Shown here: one piece after another, positions 62,660-64,000 of the stretch
How the letters are laid out: every line of letters starts with the position of its first letter
Numbering within the stretch: the stretch's first letter is position 1
DNA from: Candidatus Omnitrophota bacterium
Lineage (GTDB): Bacteria > Omnitrophota > Gorgyraeia > 2-01-FULL-45-10
Assembly (NCBI GenBank): GCA_041661345.1
Contig: JBAZUO010000002.1
Location: 6,447-70,446, forward strand
Length of the DNA stretch: 64,000 nucleotides
Reading direction: 5' to 3'
The notes under the pieces: generated by a model
The model's database searches: none
Seen by the model: the letters and a program-made list of their open reading frames with translations, nothing else
Told to the model about the DNA's origin: nothing
Translations under genes and position numbers: made by a program

Positions 62660-63307
62660 ATGAGGGCATTAATGCTTAAAAAAACAGTTGTTCTAACCGT
62701 CATTTTCGGATTTATTTTTTACTCATCCCTTTCTTTTGCCGAAGAGAAAAATGGGATATTTAAAAAATTAATCGATTTCAAGAATAAGGCTTTTGTTAAA
62801 AAGGATACGGTTGCGGCCGCAAAGGCCGAGACAAAAAAACCCGCCGCTATAGTCCCGGCGCCGGCAGCGGCTCCGAAGACAGCCTTCCCTGCGAAGATTT
62901 ACACAAGGGAAGAGATGATAGCTGATGTGAAAGAGATATTGGACGACGAGGAAGAGATACTGAATTTTGTACCCGGCCTGAAGAAGAGTGTGGCAGAGAA
63001 GGACAAATCGCTATACACTTACGAAGGTTTGAAACTGGAAGACCTTGATAAAGAAAAACTTAAGAAGATGTTTACGCGAGTGCGTCAGGAAGCTGCGAGG
63101 CTAAGGGCGAATAGATTAAATGAACAGATCGAGAACATAAGGCGCAACCAGCAGCTCACTGCCACAGCGGGAGGTGGTGCGCCTAAAGTGCCAGTTACGC
63201 CGCCCTCACCGCCGCGAATTTACAGTGCGCCAAGCGTGCCGAGAGTACCTACTCCGGTACCGCAGCCGCCGAGACCGCCGGCACCGCCGGTGACGCCTCG
63301 ACGCTAG
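62660..63307 (+). CDS. hypothetical exported protein with a coiled-coil middle and a Pro-rich C-terminus
   Basis: Signal-like LKKTVVLTVIFGFIFYSSLSFA. The C-terminus is PKVPVTPPSPPRIYSAPSVPRVPTPVPQPPRPPAPPVTPRR. Confidence 0.5.
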   Translation: MRALMLKKTVVLTVIFGFIFYSSLSFAEEKNGIFKKLIDFKNKAFVKKDTVAAAKAETKKPAAIVPAPAAAPKTAFPAKIYTREEMIADVKEILDDEEEILNFVPGLKKSVAEKDKSLYTYEGLKLEDLDKEKLKKMFTRVRQEAARLRANRLNEQIENIRRNQQLTATAGGGAPKVPVTPPSPPRIYSAPSVPRVPTPVPQPPRPPAPPVTPRR

Positions 63308-63312
63308 AATAA

Positions 63313-64000
<688 letters not shown>

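Overview
The window holds about 68 protein-coding genes, all on the + strand. They are tightly packed, with many ATGA/TGATG start-stop overlaps. I found no rRNA, tRNA, CRISPR array, transposase or integrase gene.

The content is mostly a housekeeping backbone of a diderm bacterium, shown by Kdo/Lpt LPS genes and a secretin. An uncultivated Omnitrophota/PVC-like lineage is only a guess.

Gene order along the window:
- 2-2615: HEAT-repeat protein, AT-rich secreted hypotheticals, and an AbrB/RelE-type toxin-antitoxin pair.
- 2675-11892: yggS-proC-yggT-mtnP-ileS-dksA-like-lspA-lgt-rluD-aroA.
- 11969-17152: mreBCD-mrdA-rodA.
- 17169-20128: an AT-rich SGNH hydrolase and a TIGR03960-like radical SAM gene.
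- 20205-36188: a ~16 kb type IV pilus locus. It has a HAMP-GAF-degenerate GGDEF protein, pilT, an orphan MshEN/T2SSE_N domain protein, two tandem pilB genes, pilC, five prepilin-type genes, one unknown gene, and pilMNOPQ.
- 36157-39799: a half-size DUF2344 gene, rng, and an HExxH membrane protein.
- 39927-48695: rplU-rpmA-obg-proBA-nadD, an unlisted 47-aa zinc-ribbon ORF, rsfS, argS, and a 630-aa minimal mfd.
- 48696-49315: a 620-bp gene-free, hairpin-dense island.
- 49316-56714: a DHS-like gene, heptose kinase, kdsBADC, an lpxL-like gene, an lptC/A-like gene, and lptB.
- 56762-64000: tig-clpP, serine-pathway genes, an HMGL-like synthase, a Pro-rich secreted protein, and purA (3' partial).

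The two candidates I rate highest for something undescribed are:
1. The 48.7-49.3 kb non-coding island. It has perfect two-tier hairpins, (ATGTG)n-based long-range inverted repeats, and a 107-nt hairpin whose G-U pairs only work on the + strand. It lies directly behind the truncated mfd.
2. The apparent second-messenger layer of the pilus locus: an orphan MshEN domain with both 24-residue motifs, a dead GGDEF protein, duplicated PilB, and a PilX-like minor pilin carrying EF-hand/dockerin-type Ca loops.

All family assignments come from motif recognition by eye. No searches or computations were run.
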